IMG/VR virus record: IMGVR_UViG_3300028111_000008
Location: 1-54,646 of that record
Reading direction: 5' to 3' (one strand)
Source of the DNA: a virus
Taxonomy: Duplodnaviria > Caudoviricetes
DNA: 54,646 bases
Made by a program: the position numbers and the translations under genes. This document shows positions 37,376-47,456 of the stretch, piece by piece. The first letter of the stretch is position 1, and every line of letters starts with the position of its first letter. Under the pieces are notes generated by a model that was not told where the DNA came from, made no database searches, and saw nothing but the letters and a program-made list of their open reading frames with translations.

Positions 37376-39295
37376 TTATACTAGATCTACAATTTCACAA
37401 GAGTCTCCAGAGCAAGCCATTGTTTGCATAGACACTGTGTTATCTTCACTCTCATAATCTGATAGCTCTGACCAATCAATACGAGTAGGCATCTTTGAAA
37501 GTAATTCTTTATACTCTTTCTTATCTATCTCTTGGTAAGGAGCTTGCTGGTATGAGTGATCTGAGTGTGGCAAAAATGACACACCTGACATTTCATCAAA
37601 GTGTTTGTACACAAATGCACCTACATCCATCCACTCCTCATCACGTACTGTTATAGTAACTGAAGGCTTATGCTCACACCAATGCCGTTGATATGCAAGC
37701 CACAACTCTAGTTGCTCCACAGCAGACATAACATTACGTGTCACTGACTTCTCAGGCGACTTAACTGGGAAGCTAAACACAACTGTAGAGTCAGGCTTCA
37801 TAACACATGGTTCATTAGGTATACCTCTATCAATCATAAACTGAGTTAGAGGATCTTTATTGTCACCACGTACAGTACGAATATAGTATGGGCTATGTCT
37901 CGCATGGATTCCACTGGCGCTATCTACAAGCTGTGAAACCGTGCCACTTGGTTTTACGCAGCTGATAGCAGTACTAGCAGGTATACCTAGTAGATTAGCC
38001 CACTCTTCATTAGTAGCTACAGCAACAGAACGTAAGTGTTCTAGTGTCTTCTTCAGACCTTTGTTCTTCTGTGTCATTAATGGGTTGTCCATGATACCTG
38101 TCATAGATACACCAAGCAATCTCTCTTCTGCTGTATTGTTCTGCCATACTTTACGTAGGTATGGGAACTTAATCATAGTAGACTGTATTGTACCTAAGAT
38201 AGTAGCAAGTCTAACCTTACGCTCAAGATCTTCTAGTGTATCAGTAGCACGTACTACACACTCCGTTAGGTTACAGAACTGGTAGGGGCGTAGGATTATC
38301 TCACTGCAAGGGTTGCAGCCGAACTCGTAGTTAGGATCACGTCTACCATTCTTAGCCGCTTGTACCTTAGATGCTTGTCTGTTAAAGATACCACGCTCAC
38401 CAGACTTAGACTCAACCAGAGACAACCATTCACGCATGAATGTTTCCATGTCTGGCTTCTCACTGTAAGCTACTGAGTTGTTAGCTAATGCTCTATGCCC
38501 TGCAGTTTCCCACCACTGTCCTGACTTAGCATGACGCATTCTATCATCAGATAAATTACTCAATGAAATCATAGCACTACGGCGTACACCGCCAACAACA
38601 ACTATCTGGCCTATGAAACACATAAGGTCGTGACATTCCATAGAGCTAAGCTTACGCCCTTGTGCTGCCTTGAAGGTAGCTACAGCGAAGTTAAATAGTT
38701 CTACTAACGGCGCTGGTCCTGATGCTCTACCACCAAACGTTTTAAGTCTTGCACCTGCAGGTCTAACTTGAGATACATCCCACTTAGGTATTTCACCAGC
38801 CCATAAGAGTGCTAGAACTTGACGAAATCCTTTAGCCCAACCTTCTTTGCTATCCTTAACAACAACAGTAGACTCACTATCAAACAACTCAGGTATCTCT
38901 GGTAGCTTCTTTATGAACTGTCTCTCAACAGAGAAGCCAACACCAGTACCACAGAGAAGTATATACATAGCTTCATCAAAAGATTTAGGATCATCTACTG
39001 GTAGGTAACTACAATTATATCCTGCTGTATTGTCACGATCTAAAGCGGGACCAGCTGTCATCATCGCCCTCATACTAGGCATTATTTCCTGACCCAGTAT
39101 AGCTTGTTCAATATCTCTTACGTCTGTGTTGTCTACTATTCTATCTACCTCATCGCCCAGCGCCTTGCGAACTACGTTATCCATGTAACGCCCTACTGTT
39201 TCTCCCCAAGACTCACGCCCTTTGCCATCAAAGTACTTGGCGTAGCGTGACTTGTGTATGAATGCTTGATAGTCTGTTGGTAATTGGTTACTCAT
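37376..39295 (-). CDS. nrdJ: Class II (adenosylcobalamin-dependent) ribonucleotide reductase
   Basis: YNCSY, GTGVGFS, GGVRRSA, NPCSEI, VKPSGT, C-terminal CxxxxC; no beta-subunit gene. Confidence 0.92.
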   Translation of the reverse strand: MSNQLPTDYQAFIHKSRYAKYFDGKGRESWGETVGRYMDNVVRKALGDEVDRIVDNTDVRDIEQAILGQEIMPSMRAMMTAGPALDRDNTAGYNCSYLPVDDPKSFDEAMYILLCGTGVGFSVERQFIKKLPEIPELFDSESTVVVKDSKEGWAKGFRQVLALLWAGEIPKWDVSQVRPAGARLKTFGGRASGPAPLVELFNFAVATFKAAQGRKLSSMECHDLMCFIGQIVVVGGVRRSAMISLSNLSDDRMRHAKSGQWWETAGHRALANNSVAYSEKPDMETFMREWLSLVESKSGERGIFNRQASKVQAAKNGRRDPNYEFGCNPCSEIILRPYQFCNLTECVVRATDTLEDLERKVRLATILGTIQSTMIKFPYLRKVWQNNTAEERLLGVSMTGIMDNPLMTQKNKGLKKTLEHLRSVAVATNEEWANLLGIPASTAISCVKPSGTVSQLVDSASGIHARHSPYYIRTVRGDNKDPLTQFMIDRGIPNEPCVMKPDSTVVFSFPVKSPEKSVTRNVMSAVEQLELWLAYQRHWCEHKPSVTITVRDEEWMDVGAFVYKHFDEMSGVSFLPHSDHSYQQAPYQEIDKKEYKELLSKMPTRIDWSELSDYESEDNTVSMQTMACSGDSCEIVDLV

Positions 39296-39648
39296 CTATT
39301 GTCTCCTGATCCTTTTATTACACCACGTGCAGCGCGGCTATTTAGTTTATACATATTCCTCTGTATTAAATCTTGTAGGTTGCTACCAAAGTAATTAGCT
39401 ATAGCAATATTGTAGAACAATACGTCACCACTCTCATTGAGTATAGCCTCTTCATCAAACGTACCATCTCTTAACATACGCTTTATCTTACCATGTAGTT
39501 CTCCTACCTCCTCACACAACCCTAATAGGTTTTCCATTAGCCTATCCTCAGGTTTTGTTACAATCATACTCTCAACAAAGTCGGAATACTCTGTTGGTGT
39601 TGAGTCTATTAGATTGTTTATTGCTTCTATATCTTCTCTAGCAATCAT
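39292..39648 (-). CDS. MazG-like nucleotide pyrophosphohydrolase
   Basis: GLCEEVGE...ESGDVLFY...KLNSRAARGVIKGSGDNR. Confidence 0.88.
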   Translation of the reverse strand: MIAREDIEAINNLIDSTPTEYSDFVESMIVTKPEDRLMENLLGLCEEVGELHGKIKRMLRDGTFDEEAILNESGDVLFYNIAIANYFGSNLQDLIQRNMYKLNSRAARGVIKGSGDNR

Positions 39649-39812
39649 TTTCTTTCCTTAACATTTAAATTTTCTATATTCATATCATCCACATCATATA
39701 TAACATCTGTTATTAGATCGTGGATATCTTTTTCGTGGCTATCATCATAGGCTGATAATATATTATTAGTATCTTCTACCTTAGCTACAAATGTAACATT
39801 AAACTTTTTCAT
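39645..39812 (-). CDS. Small acidic hypothetical protein (not in ORF track)
   Basis: 55 aa MKKFNVTFVAKVED...; ATGA overlaps at both ends. Confidence 0.7.
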   Translation of the reverse strand: MKKFNVTFVAKVEDTNNILSAYDDSHEKDIHDLITDVIYDVDDMNIENLNVKERK

Positions 39813-40159
39813 GCGTTACCCTTAGTCTTAGTCCAGCGGTTAAGTAATATAACGTTATCTTTTACCTCATACCCCTCATCAGTTTCAATCAGTGCTTCAG
39901 CATATTGATCTGGGAACATTTCTTGTAGTAGGTTACCTCGTAGCTCTATGAAATCCTCCCATGCATCAGGATATGTATCTAAGAACGCTTGTGCTGAAGC
40001 CATAGTAAGAGCTTCCTCTAGTGCTGCCTTCATACCATCATGCGACTCAGCCTCACCAAATACTAAACCTGTTTTGATCTGACCTGTCCACTCACCCTCT
40101 CTAGTAACAGGATGTAATATAATAGCGATGTCGCCAGGCTTTACTTCATAGCCCATCAT
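39809..40159 (-). CDS. Hypothetical protein
   Basis: 116 aa; GGAGG RBS. Confidence 0.75.
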   Translation of the reverse strand: MMGYEVKPGDIAIILHPVTREGEWTGQIKTGLVFGEAESHDGMKAALEEALTMASAQAFLDTYPDAWEDFIELRGNLLQEMFPDQYAEALIETDEGYEVKDNVILLNRWTKTKGNA

Positions 40160-40590
40160 AACCTCCTCTTTACTTTCACACGTTGCTCTTTCATACGCTT
40201 ACCTTTTTCTAGTAGCCAACCTTCTGGTATAACACGATGCGCCCACTTGAAGCCATTCTTCTCACACCAATCACAGTATCTACTCTTAGCTCCCTTATAT
40301 AGCTTAGAGTTTGCGTTACTAAATACAAAACGTATATCTAGTTTAGGATGCTGCTTCTGTATTTCTACGTGCTTGCGCCGATCTCCAGAACTGAATAACC
40401 CTTTGGTCTCGATTATAATACCGTTGTCTAATTCGAAGTCTGGTGTATATGTGCGATACTTTAAATCTTCCCACTCTATCTTTAGCTTTTCATACGATAC
40501 AATCTTCTGCCGTGTCTCTAAGAATGTAGCGGCCTCTAGTTCAAGGCCACTACGATAGTTTCTTCTATTGTGTTTACGAACCACTGCCAT
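40156..40590 (-). CDS. T7 endonuclease I-like Holliday junction resolvase
   Basis: YRSGLE, YTPDF, IETKG, DIRFVF. Confidence 0.92.
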   Translation of the reverse strand: MAVVRKHNRRNYRSGLELEAATFLETRQKIVSYEKLKIEWEDLKYRTYTPDFELDNGIIIETKGLFSSGDRRKHVEIQKQHPKLDIRFVFSNANSKLYKGAKSRYCDWCEKNGFKWAHRVIPEGWLLEKGKRMKEQRVKVKRRL

Positions 40591-41437
40591 CTCCAACAAG
40601 TACGTACTCTACAAGAGGTGCTTCTTTCTTACCCTTGTATACACGTGAAGGTAATTCCTGTAGATCCCAACACTTGTGCTTGAAGTCACACCAGTGACAC
40701 TTAGAGTTGAGTACTAGGTTACCACTAGGCTTCTTAAAGTATGTCTCAGGTACTGCTTCATAGCAACGCTTGAATGGTGCATCACTCTCAATGTAATCCA
40801 CAGTAGATTGGATGCTATCTATTACAGCTTCCTTGTCCACCTCAGATGCGTCTACATACTTGAACTCACCGTTCCCTTTGTTGACTACCCACCAGCCACC
40901 TACATCCTTTCCTGCGGCTTCTGCATAGCCTACAAGTTGTGATACATAACCGAAGCTATCATCCTTGTTGAGTGCCTCAAAGCTTTCAAACTTATTCTTG
41001 TATGACCAAGGAGAGGCAGACTTAACATCGTCAATCTTTCCATCCATCTCCATATCATACTCACCCTTGATCTCTTGACCATTGGGTAGCTTGAGTGTGA
41101 CAATCTCATTGTCTTTAAAGTCTTGGTCTACTGCACGTAGTAACCCCTTGAACACAGCCTCAACTATATCACCAAGGATCATGTTCATTAAGAAATGTGG
41201 TGGGAAAGGTCTACGATCTTCTGGATCATTCTTTTCAAACCACAACTGACAGGGTGCTTTACCAATGTTAGACATACGTAAGCGGAAGTCACCACGTGGA
41301 GGTGAGTTAAACTGTTTGTTTAACGCCGCCTCAACATCAGCGGCAACCTGCTTGGTCACCGCCTCTGTCATGTTTGCTTCACCAGCCAAAGCCTTCTGCA
41401 GAAAACTGTAGATTGCTAATTCTGCTGGGTGATTCAT
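40574..41437 (-). CDS. PD-(D/E)XK (Cas4/RecB-like) exonuclease
   Basis: LRMSNIG, GEYD, DDVKS, GYVSQLVGY, CHWCDFKHKCW. Confidence 0.85.
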   Translation of the reverse strand: MNHPAELAIYSFLQKALAGEANMTEAVTKQVAADVEAALNKQFNSPPRGDFRLRMSNIGKAPCQLWFEKNDPEDRRPFPPHFLMNMILGDIVEAVFKGLLRAVDQDFKDNEIVTLKLPNGQEIKGEYDMEMDGKIDDVKSASPWSYKNKFESFEALNKDDSFGYVSQLVGYAEAAGKDVGGWWVVNKGNGEFKYVDASEVDKEAVIDSIQSTVDYIESDAPFKRCYEAVPETYFKKPSGNLVLNSKCHWCDFKHKCWDLQELPSRVYKGKKEAPLVEYVLVGDGSGS

Positions 41438-42312
41438 GGGCTTACCTCAATGAAGTCATTGTTGATAATGTCTGTTACTACAGATTCATCATCCTCAGAC
41501 ATAGCTTTGTCAAACCTCTCATGATACAAGTCTAAGATCTTACCATTGCTGTACTCAATAAGCTCAATGAAATCTTTTAACATCTCATTGTCACCCTCAC
41601 CAAGATCAACCCTGTCACCTGATGCCGCTTTAATCTTACCAAACGTAGCACCTGCTGGGATGCTATCTTCCACACCCATAAACTTAATAGTAGACATTAT
41701 AGGTAGTAAGTTCTTGCGCTTCAGAACACCTAGAACACCATTGATACTCTTTAGTGAGTCACGGTTCTTAACGTCCATAACAAAGGGTACGTCTTTATAC
41801 GCAGACTTATCGAGTGATTCACCCTTCTCATTGATAGGATCATCAAGTGTTACTGTACCATAGTAAACGTTGACACGCTTAACACTACGAATAATCTGCT
41901 TAGTAATATCATCTAAAGCAGCAAAGTCCTCTATCCAACCTGAGGGTCTGCCCAAGTTGAAGCCACCTATACTGTCCTTCATGTCACCATTGAGTGAGTT
42001 AGCTAAGACAGACTTCTCCATCTCTTCTGTTTCACTATTCCAACGTTGCCACTGTTGGCGCTGGGCGAAGATACGCATAGTGACCCCATTGCTGTAGATC
42101 TTTTCGTCACCACGATTGAGGATGAAAGCACCTACTGGTATTACCTCAGTCTTACGTGTCTTACCTTCTAAGGTTTCAACCCCCATTATTGCTTGGTGCA
42201 GCATACCCATACGTGAAATAGATGGTGTTGATTCACCACCTGATGTAGACACACCCATAAGTTCTGCCATTGATTGTCCGCGTTCATTCGCGATTGATAG
42301 TTCATTGCTCAT
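41434..42312 (-). CDS. Putative single-stranded DNA-binding protein
   Basis: Between polymerase and exonuclease; own promoter; acidic C-terminus. Confidence 0.55.
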   Translation of the reverse strand: MSNELSIANERGQSMAELMGVSTSGGESTPSISRMGMLHQAIMGVETLEGKTRKTEVIPVGAFILNRGDEKIYSNGVTMRIFAQRQQWQRWNSETEEMEKSVLANSLNGDMKDSIGGFNLGRPSGWIEDFAALDDITKQIIRSVKRVNVYYGTVTLDDPINEKGESLDKSAYKDVPFVMDVKNRDSLKSINGVLGVLKRKNLLPIMSTIKFMGVEDSIPAGATFGKIKAASGDRVDLGEGDNEMLKDFIELIEYSNGKILDLYHERFDKAMSEDDESVVTDIINNDFIEVSP

Positions 42313-42345
42313 TTCTATACCTTTCTATAGATTCAAAGAGTTCCT

Positions 42346-42374
42346 AGTTATACATCATACGTCAACTGTGTCAA
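42346..42374 (-). promoter_or_regulatory. Putative promoter overlapping the end of the polymerase gene
   Basis: TTGACA-N16-TATAACT. Confidence 0.7.
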
Positions 42375-44403
42375 GCCAGTTTGATCCGATTTTTGCTTCA
42401 AGTAGTAATGGTACATTCATTTCTACATTATATGTTTTCTCTACAAGATCATTGATGTTGTCGTTAAGTGATTCAATAATATCAATAACTTGTTGTTCTT
42501 CGTCAGGGTGTATGTCAACTACCATACTATCGTGTACTGAATTAACCACGACAGAATTGTATGGTTGTAACAATTCGTGAAGCTCGTTCAACACAATAGG
42601 TACTATATCACCTGTAGCAAACCCTTGTACTGGGTAGTTCTTAATCATTGTAAAGTGACTTGGCATACCATTATCTCTGCGTCTTACATTTGGGAAAGCA
42701 TATTGTCGTCCTGACTTATTAGTGATCTTCATAAAGCGTAGTGCTTCATCACCTAACTCCTTATGCCATGCAGCAATACCCTCATACTTCTCAATAAAAT
42801 GTTTATAGTAAGCGGCTTCAGCCTTAGACCTTCCATATCCTGTAGCCCCGAAAAGGGGTGCAAACGTATGTGCCTTGGCCGAGGACCTTGAGGTTTTCTG
42901 ACCTGCATCTGTTATAACTTTTGCTGTGTAACTGTGTACATCAAAGCCTGTGCTAATCTCTTTCATAGCCTTTTCGTCTTGAGCAAGAAACGCAGCAACT
43001 CTAAACTCAAGTTGAGCAAAGTCAGCTTCCATTATCTTGCCATTTTCCCACCGTGAAACAAAGACTTTCTTAACAGGAAACGTACCCCCACGTGGCATAT
43101 TCTGCATGTTAGGATTACGTCCACTGAAACGTCCAGTAGCTGTTATGTGTTGTGTTAAGCCTACATGTAAGAAGCCATCATGCTTAGTATAGTTTGATAT
43201 ACCCTCGACAAAAGAACTCAGGTAGCTACTGATAGCAGACAGACGTTTCTGATCTGTAAGAAATGCCTCTGCCTCTTCCATGTTATTACTTCTGGCAGTA
43301 GCCGCAAGTACATCTAGGTTATCCTTACCTGTACTAAAACCATTGGCACTAATCCATTTCTTATTAGGCGCAGTAAACCTTAGACCTGCAATCTGTTTTG
43401 TTTCTTGTAGTTGAAAGCCTCGCGTGTCACAGTCTTTACACTTGTTAGGTCTAGCATACTTTGTGCCATCCTTCTTTAGTTTATACGTTTTGCCTACACC
43501 CTCACAGGTTGGGCATGTAAATGCTTTTGTTCTGTATACAGGCGTAGAGTTTGCCCTAACAGCATCTTTATATTCATCCACTGTAGACGTGAACTCAAAC
43601 AAATCTGCCCATTCCTTTTTGTTATTCATGCGCAGCGAGAATACAACCTGTGACATTTGCTCAGGACTGTTAAGGTTTATAGGTGTATCACCCATAAGCT
43701 TACGTATCTTCTTCTGCATCCTGTCTTCAATCTCTGCCTTCTCTTGTTCAAACTCTACTCTTACTTCGTCAAGGGCTGATCTATCCACCCTGATCCCTGA
43801 CATATACATTCGGGTGAGAGTTTTACAGGTGGTAAAGGTTGTATCTCTAATGACTTTGAGACCTGTGGATTCGGGCTTGGCATAGTCAGCTTCGATACTG
43901 TGGAACAACCAGCTAGTAGAGAGCAGGTCACACCTAAGATAAAAGCTAAGCTCATCCAACGGTATCTCATTTGTATTGTATCCTTCTTTAAAATATCTTT
44001 TGAGTGTATCATCTTTCTGTACCTCTAAGTTTCTACGTTCAGCACAAGCACCCAAGTTTAAAACGTTGCGCTGCCCTCTATCAAGTATGTACTCTGCTAA
44101 CATGGTATCATAGATCAAGCCATCATACTTGAAGCCAGACTCCCATAGCCACATCATATCGTGCTGTGCGTTGTGCATTATGAGTAGTGTTGTTAAGTCT
44201 AATACATCCTGCACTAACTTATGCCCAGCGCCTGACGTATCCTTCGCCTCATCATGGTCTATATTTACAATGTGTAATTCATCATGGTTGTCTGCATTAA
44301 CCATACCAACTTGGACTAGGTGGTTGTTAATCTCAAACGGGTCCATGTGTTTCTTACCGTTGCGTTCTGTTGTGCTATTCTCAACATCTAATACTATTCT
44401 CAT
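42355..44403 (-). CDS. polA: Family A DNA polymerase with 3'-5' exonuclease and DnaJ-like zinc-finger insertion
   Basis: LDVE, HNAQHD, TGRFS, DFAQLEFR, AKAHTFAPLFG, NYPVQG, VHDS; CPTCEGVG and CKDCDTRG. Confidence 0.95.
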   Translation of the reverse strand: MRIVLDVENSTTERNGKKHMDPFEINNHLVQVGMVNADNHDELHIVNIDHDEAKDTSGAGHKLVQDVLDLTTLLIMHNAQHDMMWLWESGFKYDGLIYDTMLAEYILDRGQRNVLNLGACAERRNLEVQKDDTLKRYFKEGYNTNEIPLDELSFYLRCDLLSTSWLFHSIEADYAKPESTGLKVIRDTTFTTCKTLTRMYMSGIRVDRSALDEVRVEFEQEKAEIEDRMQKKIRKLMGDTPINLNSPEQMSQVVFSLRMNNKKEWADLFEFTSTVDEYKDAVRANSTPVYRTKAFTCPTCEGVGKTYKLKKDGTKYARPNKCKDCDTRGFQLQETKQIAGLRFTAPNKKWISANGFSTGKDNLDVLAATARSNNMEEAEAFLTDQKRLSAISSYLSSFVEGISNYTKHDGFLHVGLTQHITATGRFSGRNPNMQNMPRGGTFPVKKVFVSRWENGKIMEADFAQLEFRVAAFLAQDEKAMKEISTGFDVHSYTAKVITDAGQKTSRSSAKAHTFAPLFGATGYGRSKAEAAYYKHFIEKYEGIAAWHKELGDEALRFMKITNKSGRQYAFPNVRRRDNGMPSHFTMIKNYPVQGFATGDIVPIVLNELHELLQPYNSVVVNSVHDSMVVDIHPDEEQQVIDIIESLNDNINDLVEKTYNVEMNVPLLLEAKIGSNWLDTVDV

Positions 44404-44411
44404 GTCTTACC

Positions 44412-45632
44412 TCAAGCTGAATAGATAGAGCGTGATCCATCTAATACACAGGTGATCTTACCCTGATACCCATTCAACTTATTCTTGGCTAAGTTTAAGT
44501 AACGAACTGGATCTTCGTCTTCACCCTCAGCTTGTTGTGTCTTACCTATCAAGACCATTAGGTCAGCCTCAGCTGCCTTACCTGTCTTAGATCCTTCCAT
44601 CATCGCTTGGTTAAGGTCAGCCTTACCTTCTGCTTCTGCAGATAGTTGTGACATCCAGATCACACAGCAGTCATACTGCTTAGCAATGTTACGTGCATGG
44701 ATAGCAGCAGTCTTAAGTGTGATGTCACTTCTCTCACTACTTATATCAGCAAACTTATCACCCATGTCAAGAACTACAATGTCAGGCTTCTCTTGTTTAA
44801 CAACAGACTCAACCCATGCCATACCCTTACCTGTACTATCTTTAAACATTACATTAGTACGGATAGGCTCATAACGTTTCTGTGCCAGGGCTTTGTTCTC
44901 TCTAACTTCTTTCATTGTCATGTTAGATGATGCACTGATATACCTTGCAGCAACACGTGTGTATGCTTCCTCATTACATAGTACAATACACTTAGCACCC
45001 TGATGTGCAAAGCCTTGTGCACCTGCTATAAGGCTGGCATGGAAAGAAGTTTTACCAGTATTGGGGCGAGCGCCAACCAACACAAGGTGGCCACCACTAA
45101 CGCCTTCCACCCTACGAGCCAAGGAAGATATGTTAAAGCTCCACTTGGATTCCAGAAGCGTTGCATCAAGTATTGTGTCAAGGCTATTGTCGTCCCAGTC
45201 AACACGTAGATTAGGAGTAAAATCATTTTTGTATTCCTCTAGTAGTCGTCGCAGAGGTTCTAAACTATCCTCTGTTCCATTAACAAAATCAAACCCTAGG
45301 TTTGCTACACGATCACCAACGTGCTGCTGAAACAACTGTGATAATGTGTCTTGTGCTATCTCTTCTTTGATAGGCTCAGTAATTGCTATGCGCTTAAACA
45401 AATCCTCATATGCTCCGCGAGTAGCAGTGGTAAGACTAGCGTTCATTCTATTGAACACAGCCTCTAGATCCGCAACAGTTAGGTCACCCTCATAGGATTC
45501 CATAGCACCATCAAGTGCCTGTTTAATCTTGCGTACATCCTTACTGAATATTTTATCTGGGCAACGTATGCCCTTGTGTTGATCATAAAAGTTACGATCT
45601 AGTAACGTTTTAATCAGTGCTAATTCCATCAT
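44412..45632 (-). CDS. SF4 (DnaB/T7 gp4-like) helicase
   Basis: GARPNTGKTS, VVLD, MSQLS, LAKNK. Confidence 0.92.
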   Translation of the reverse strand: MMELALIKTLLDRNFYDQHKGIRCPDKIFSKDVRKIKQALDGAMESYEGDLTVADLEAVFNRMNASLTTATRGAYEDLFKRIAITEPIKEEIAQDTLSQLFQQHVGDRVANLGFDFVNGTEDSLEPLRRLLEEYKNDFTPNLRVDWDDNSLDTILDATLLESKWSFNISSLARRVEGVSGGHLVLVGARPNTGKTSFHASLIAGAQGFAHQGAKCIVLCNEEAYTRVAARYISASSNMTMKEVRENKALAQKRYEPIRTNVMFKDSTGKGMAWVESVVKQEKPDIVVLDMGDKFADISSERSDITLKTAAIHARNIAKQYDCCVIWMSQLSAEAEGKADLNQAMMEGSKTGKAAEADLMVLIGKTQQAEGEDEDPVRYLNLAKNKLNGYQGKITCVLDGSRSIYSA

Positions 45633-45682
45633 TCTTTTTGTCTCCTACAACAATATATTATATATTTTCTAAGTGCTACTCA

Positions 45683-45919
45683 TCACTCTTGTTTGAACTC
45701 CACGTAGTACGAACCTGCACTACTCTTATATGCAGCCATGATGTCTAACCATTGTTGGCTACTCATGATTAACATTTGATAAGCATCCATCTCAGGTTCA
45801 AACTGTCTCATGTACACAGTACCCTCATCTCCAAAGATAATCTCTATGTCTTCATGCTTACCAGAGTGATCTAATGTAGTGATGATTGATGCATCAGATT
45901 CAAACTCAACTGTGAACAT
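45683..45919 (-). CDS. Hypothetical protein
   Basis: 78 aa; GGAGG RBS. Confidence 0.75.
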   Translation of the reverse strand: MFTVEFESDASIITTLDHSGKHEDIEIIFGDEGTVYMRQFEPEMDAYQMLIMSSQQWLDIMAAYKSSAGSYYVEFKQE

Positions 45920-46034
45920 CTGAACCCTCCGCTACAATTATATTTACTTGTGCTACATTACCCACAACTTTAACAATCTTAAACTCTAATCCTTCTTTGG
46001 TAAGTAATCTTCTTAACATAGATACTGGTATCAT
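45906..46034 (-). CDS. Small hypothetical protein (not in ORF track)
   Basis: 42 aa MIPVSMLRRLLTKEGLEF...; ATGA overlap. Confidence 0.55.
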   Translation of the reverse strand: MIPVSMLRRLLTKEGLEFKIVKVVGNVAQVNIIVAEGSDVHS

Positions 46035-46312
46035 ACATCTGCCTTTCCTGTTAGTTTTATCAACCTAGCTAAGTACCACTGTGATTTAAGTAGGTCTTCT
46101 TGTTTATTCTTATATCTCCAGCGATGTAAATACTTAGCTATGTTACCTCTTAGGTATCCTATATATTCTTCTTCGGTTAGGAAGTCTTCTATGTAATCAA
46201 TACATTCAATACTACCTTTACCATAATGCGCTGGGTTGTTTACATTATCCATTCTGTTCTCTGCTAATAGTTCTGTTATAGAGTTAGGGTCTATCATATG
46301 TTTTATAATCAA
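46031..46312 (-). CDS. DUF3310 protein (T7 gp1.7-like nucleotide kinase family)
   Basis: DNVNNPAHY, IECID, GNIAKYLHR, EDLLKSQWYL. Confidence 0.9.
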   Translation of the reverse strand: MIIKHMIDPNSITELLAENRMDNVNNPAHYGKGSIECIDYIEDFLTEEEYIGYLRGNIAKYLHRWRYKNKQEDLLKSQWYLARLIKLTGKADV

Positions 46313-47109
46313 TCAAGGAGACTGCATATCTCCTGTAGTTTTTCTAGGTCTTCTGGCATACGATACTTAATATCGTCAGATAAACTTAGTGCTATTGTTT
46401 TGTTACCTGTCCACAACTCTATCTCTCTGCGATACTCAATAGTCTTTGATACTGCATCAGGGTCTAGTGCAATCACAGCCTTATCATACTCACCTATCTT
46501 TTCAAAGTGTTTATGGTTCATGTTAGTACCTAGAATAGCCATACAACTAACGTCAGGTAACTCTTGATAGGCTACTAAAGCAGAGATTACATCCTCTACA
46601 ATAACTATAGTAGAGCCTACACCTACTGTGTAGTAGTCTGCTGCACCTGTGTAGCGATACCACTTAGGTGTTTGAGTAGCACCCACTGCCCTGCCTATAG
46701 CATCAATCATTTGATGGTTATTATATATAGGAAAGACTACGCGCTCCTGCTGCACATCATAGAAGGTGTTACCTACTATACCCCATCGCCTCATAAATCT
46801 ATTGTGCTTAGTGTGTTGTCGTGTTGGTTCTACTAGCTGTGCTGGTATCTCCATAGTTTCTACCTCTATCTTAGTTTGATCCTGCGCTGGGCGTAGCTGT
46901 CTGCGTATCTCAGATGCAGTCATGTCTGTATCAAACCTACCACCTACATTACACCCTAGCTTATAACAGTTATACATCAATACACCTACTTCACAAGAGG
47001 CTGAGAAAGTATTCTTACCTCTACAGAAAGGGCAGTCACCTCGGTGTGGTCCATGTGCTGTTACAGATGCAGCATATTCTCTGTGCTGTTTCCAGTTATG
47101 TTTACTCAT
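46309..47109 (-). CDS. DNA primase (zinc finger plus TOPRIM)
   Basis: CPFC...CYKLGC; VFPI; VIVED; ALDPD. Confidence 0.9.
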   Translation of the reverse strand: MSKHNWKQHREYAASVTAHGPHRGDCPFCRGKNTFSASCEVGVLMYNCYKLGCNVGGRFDTDMTASEIRRQLRPAQDQTKIEVETMEIPAQLVEPTRQHTKHNRFMRRWGIVGNTFYDVQQERVVFPIYNNHQMIDAIGRAVGATQTPKWYRYTGAADYYTVGVGSTIVIVEDVISALVAYQELPDVSCMAILGTNMNHKHFEKIGEYDKAVIALDPDAVSKTIEYRREIELWTGNKTIALSLSDDIKYRMPEDLEKLQEICSLLD

Positions 47110-47456
47110 ACTCTAGCTAACCTCTTTATACCATAGTGCTCTTCTGTGTTTGTTCTGATAGCGTGGCAGTTTGCACATAATACCTGACACTTGAATACCT
47201 CTTCTTTTATTTTCTTGTTACTTTTAGTATTTTTACCATAGCGCAAGTAATGTGCTTTCGTAGGTACTAAAAACTTTTTATCTTCAGGTATTATATGATC
47301 AAAATGTAGTGCTGCTGAGAAAGCTCTGTACCCACAATGTGCACAACCCTTCATCGTCTTATACCTACGCAGTATAGACTGACCTTCATCATACTTTTTT
47401 CTTCTGCGTATATTATCTTTTTCTTTACTCTCTTCACTTCTCACTCTCATCTTCAT
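47106..47456 (-). CDS. HNH endonuclease
   Basis: CAHCG, LHFDH, KCQVLCANCH. Confidence 0.85.
   Translation of the reverse strand: MKMRVRSEESKEKDNIRRRKKYDEGQSILRRYKTMKGCAHCGYRAFSAALHFDHIIPEDKKFLVPTKAHYLRYGKNTKSNKKIKEEVFKCQVLCANCHAIRTNTEEHYGIKRLARV

Noticed and set aside
44866-44875. GGCTCATAAC, resembling a tRNA-Met anticodon loop as attP core
   Set aside because: Only 10 bp and inside the helicase gene; not distinguishable from chance without the host sequence.
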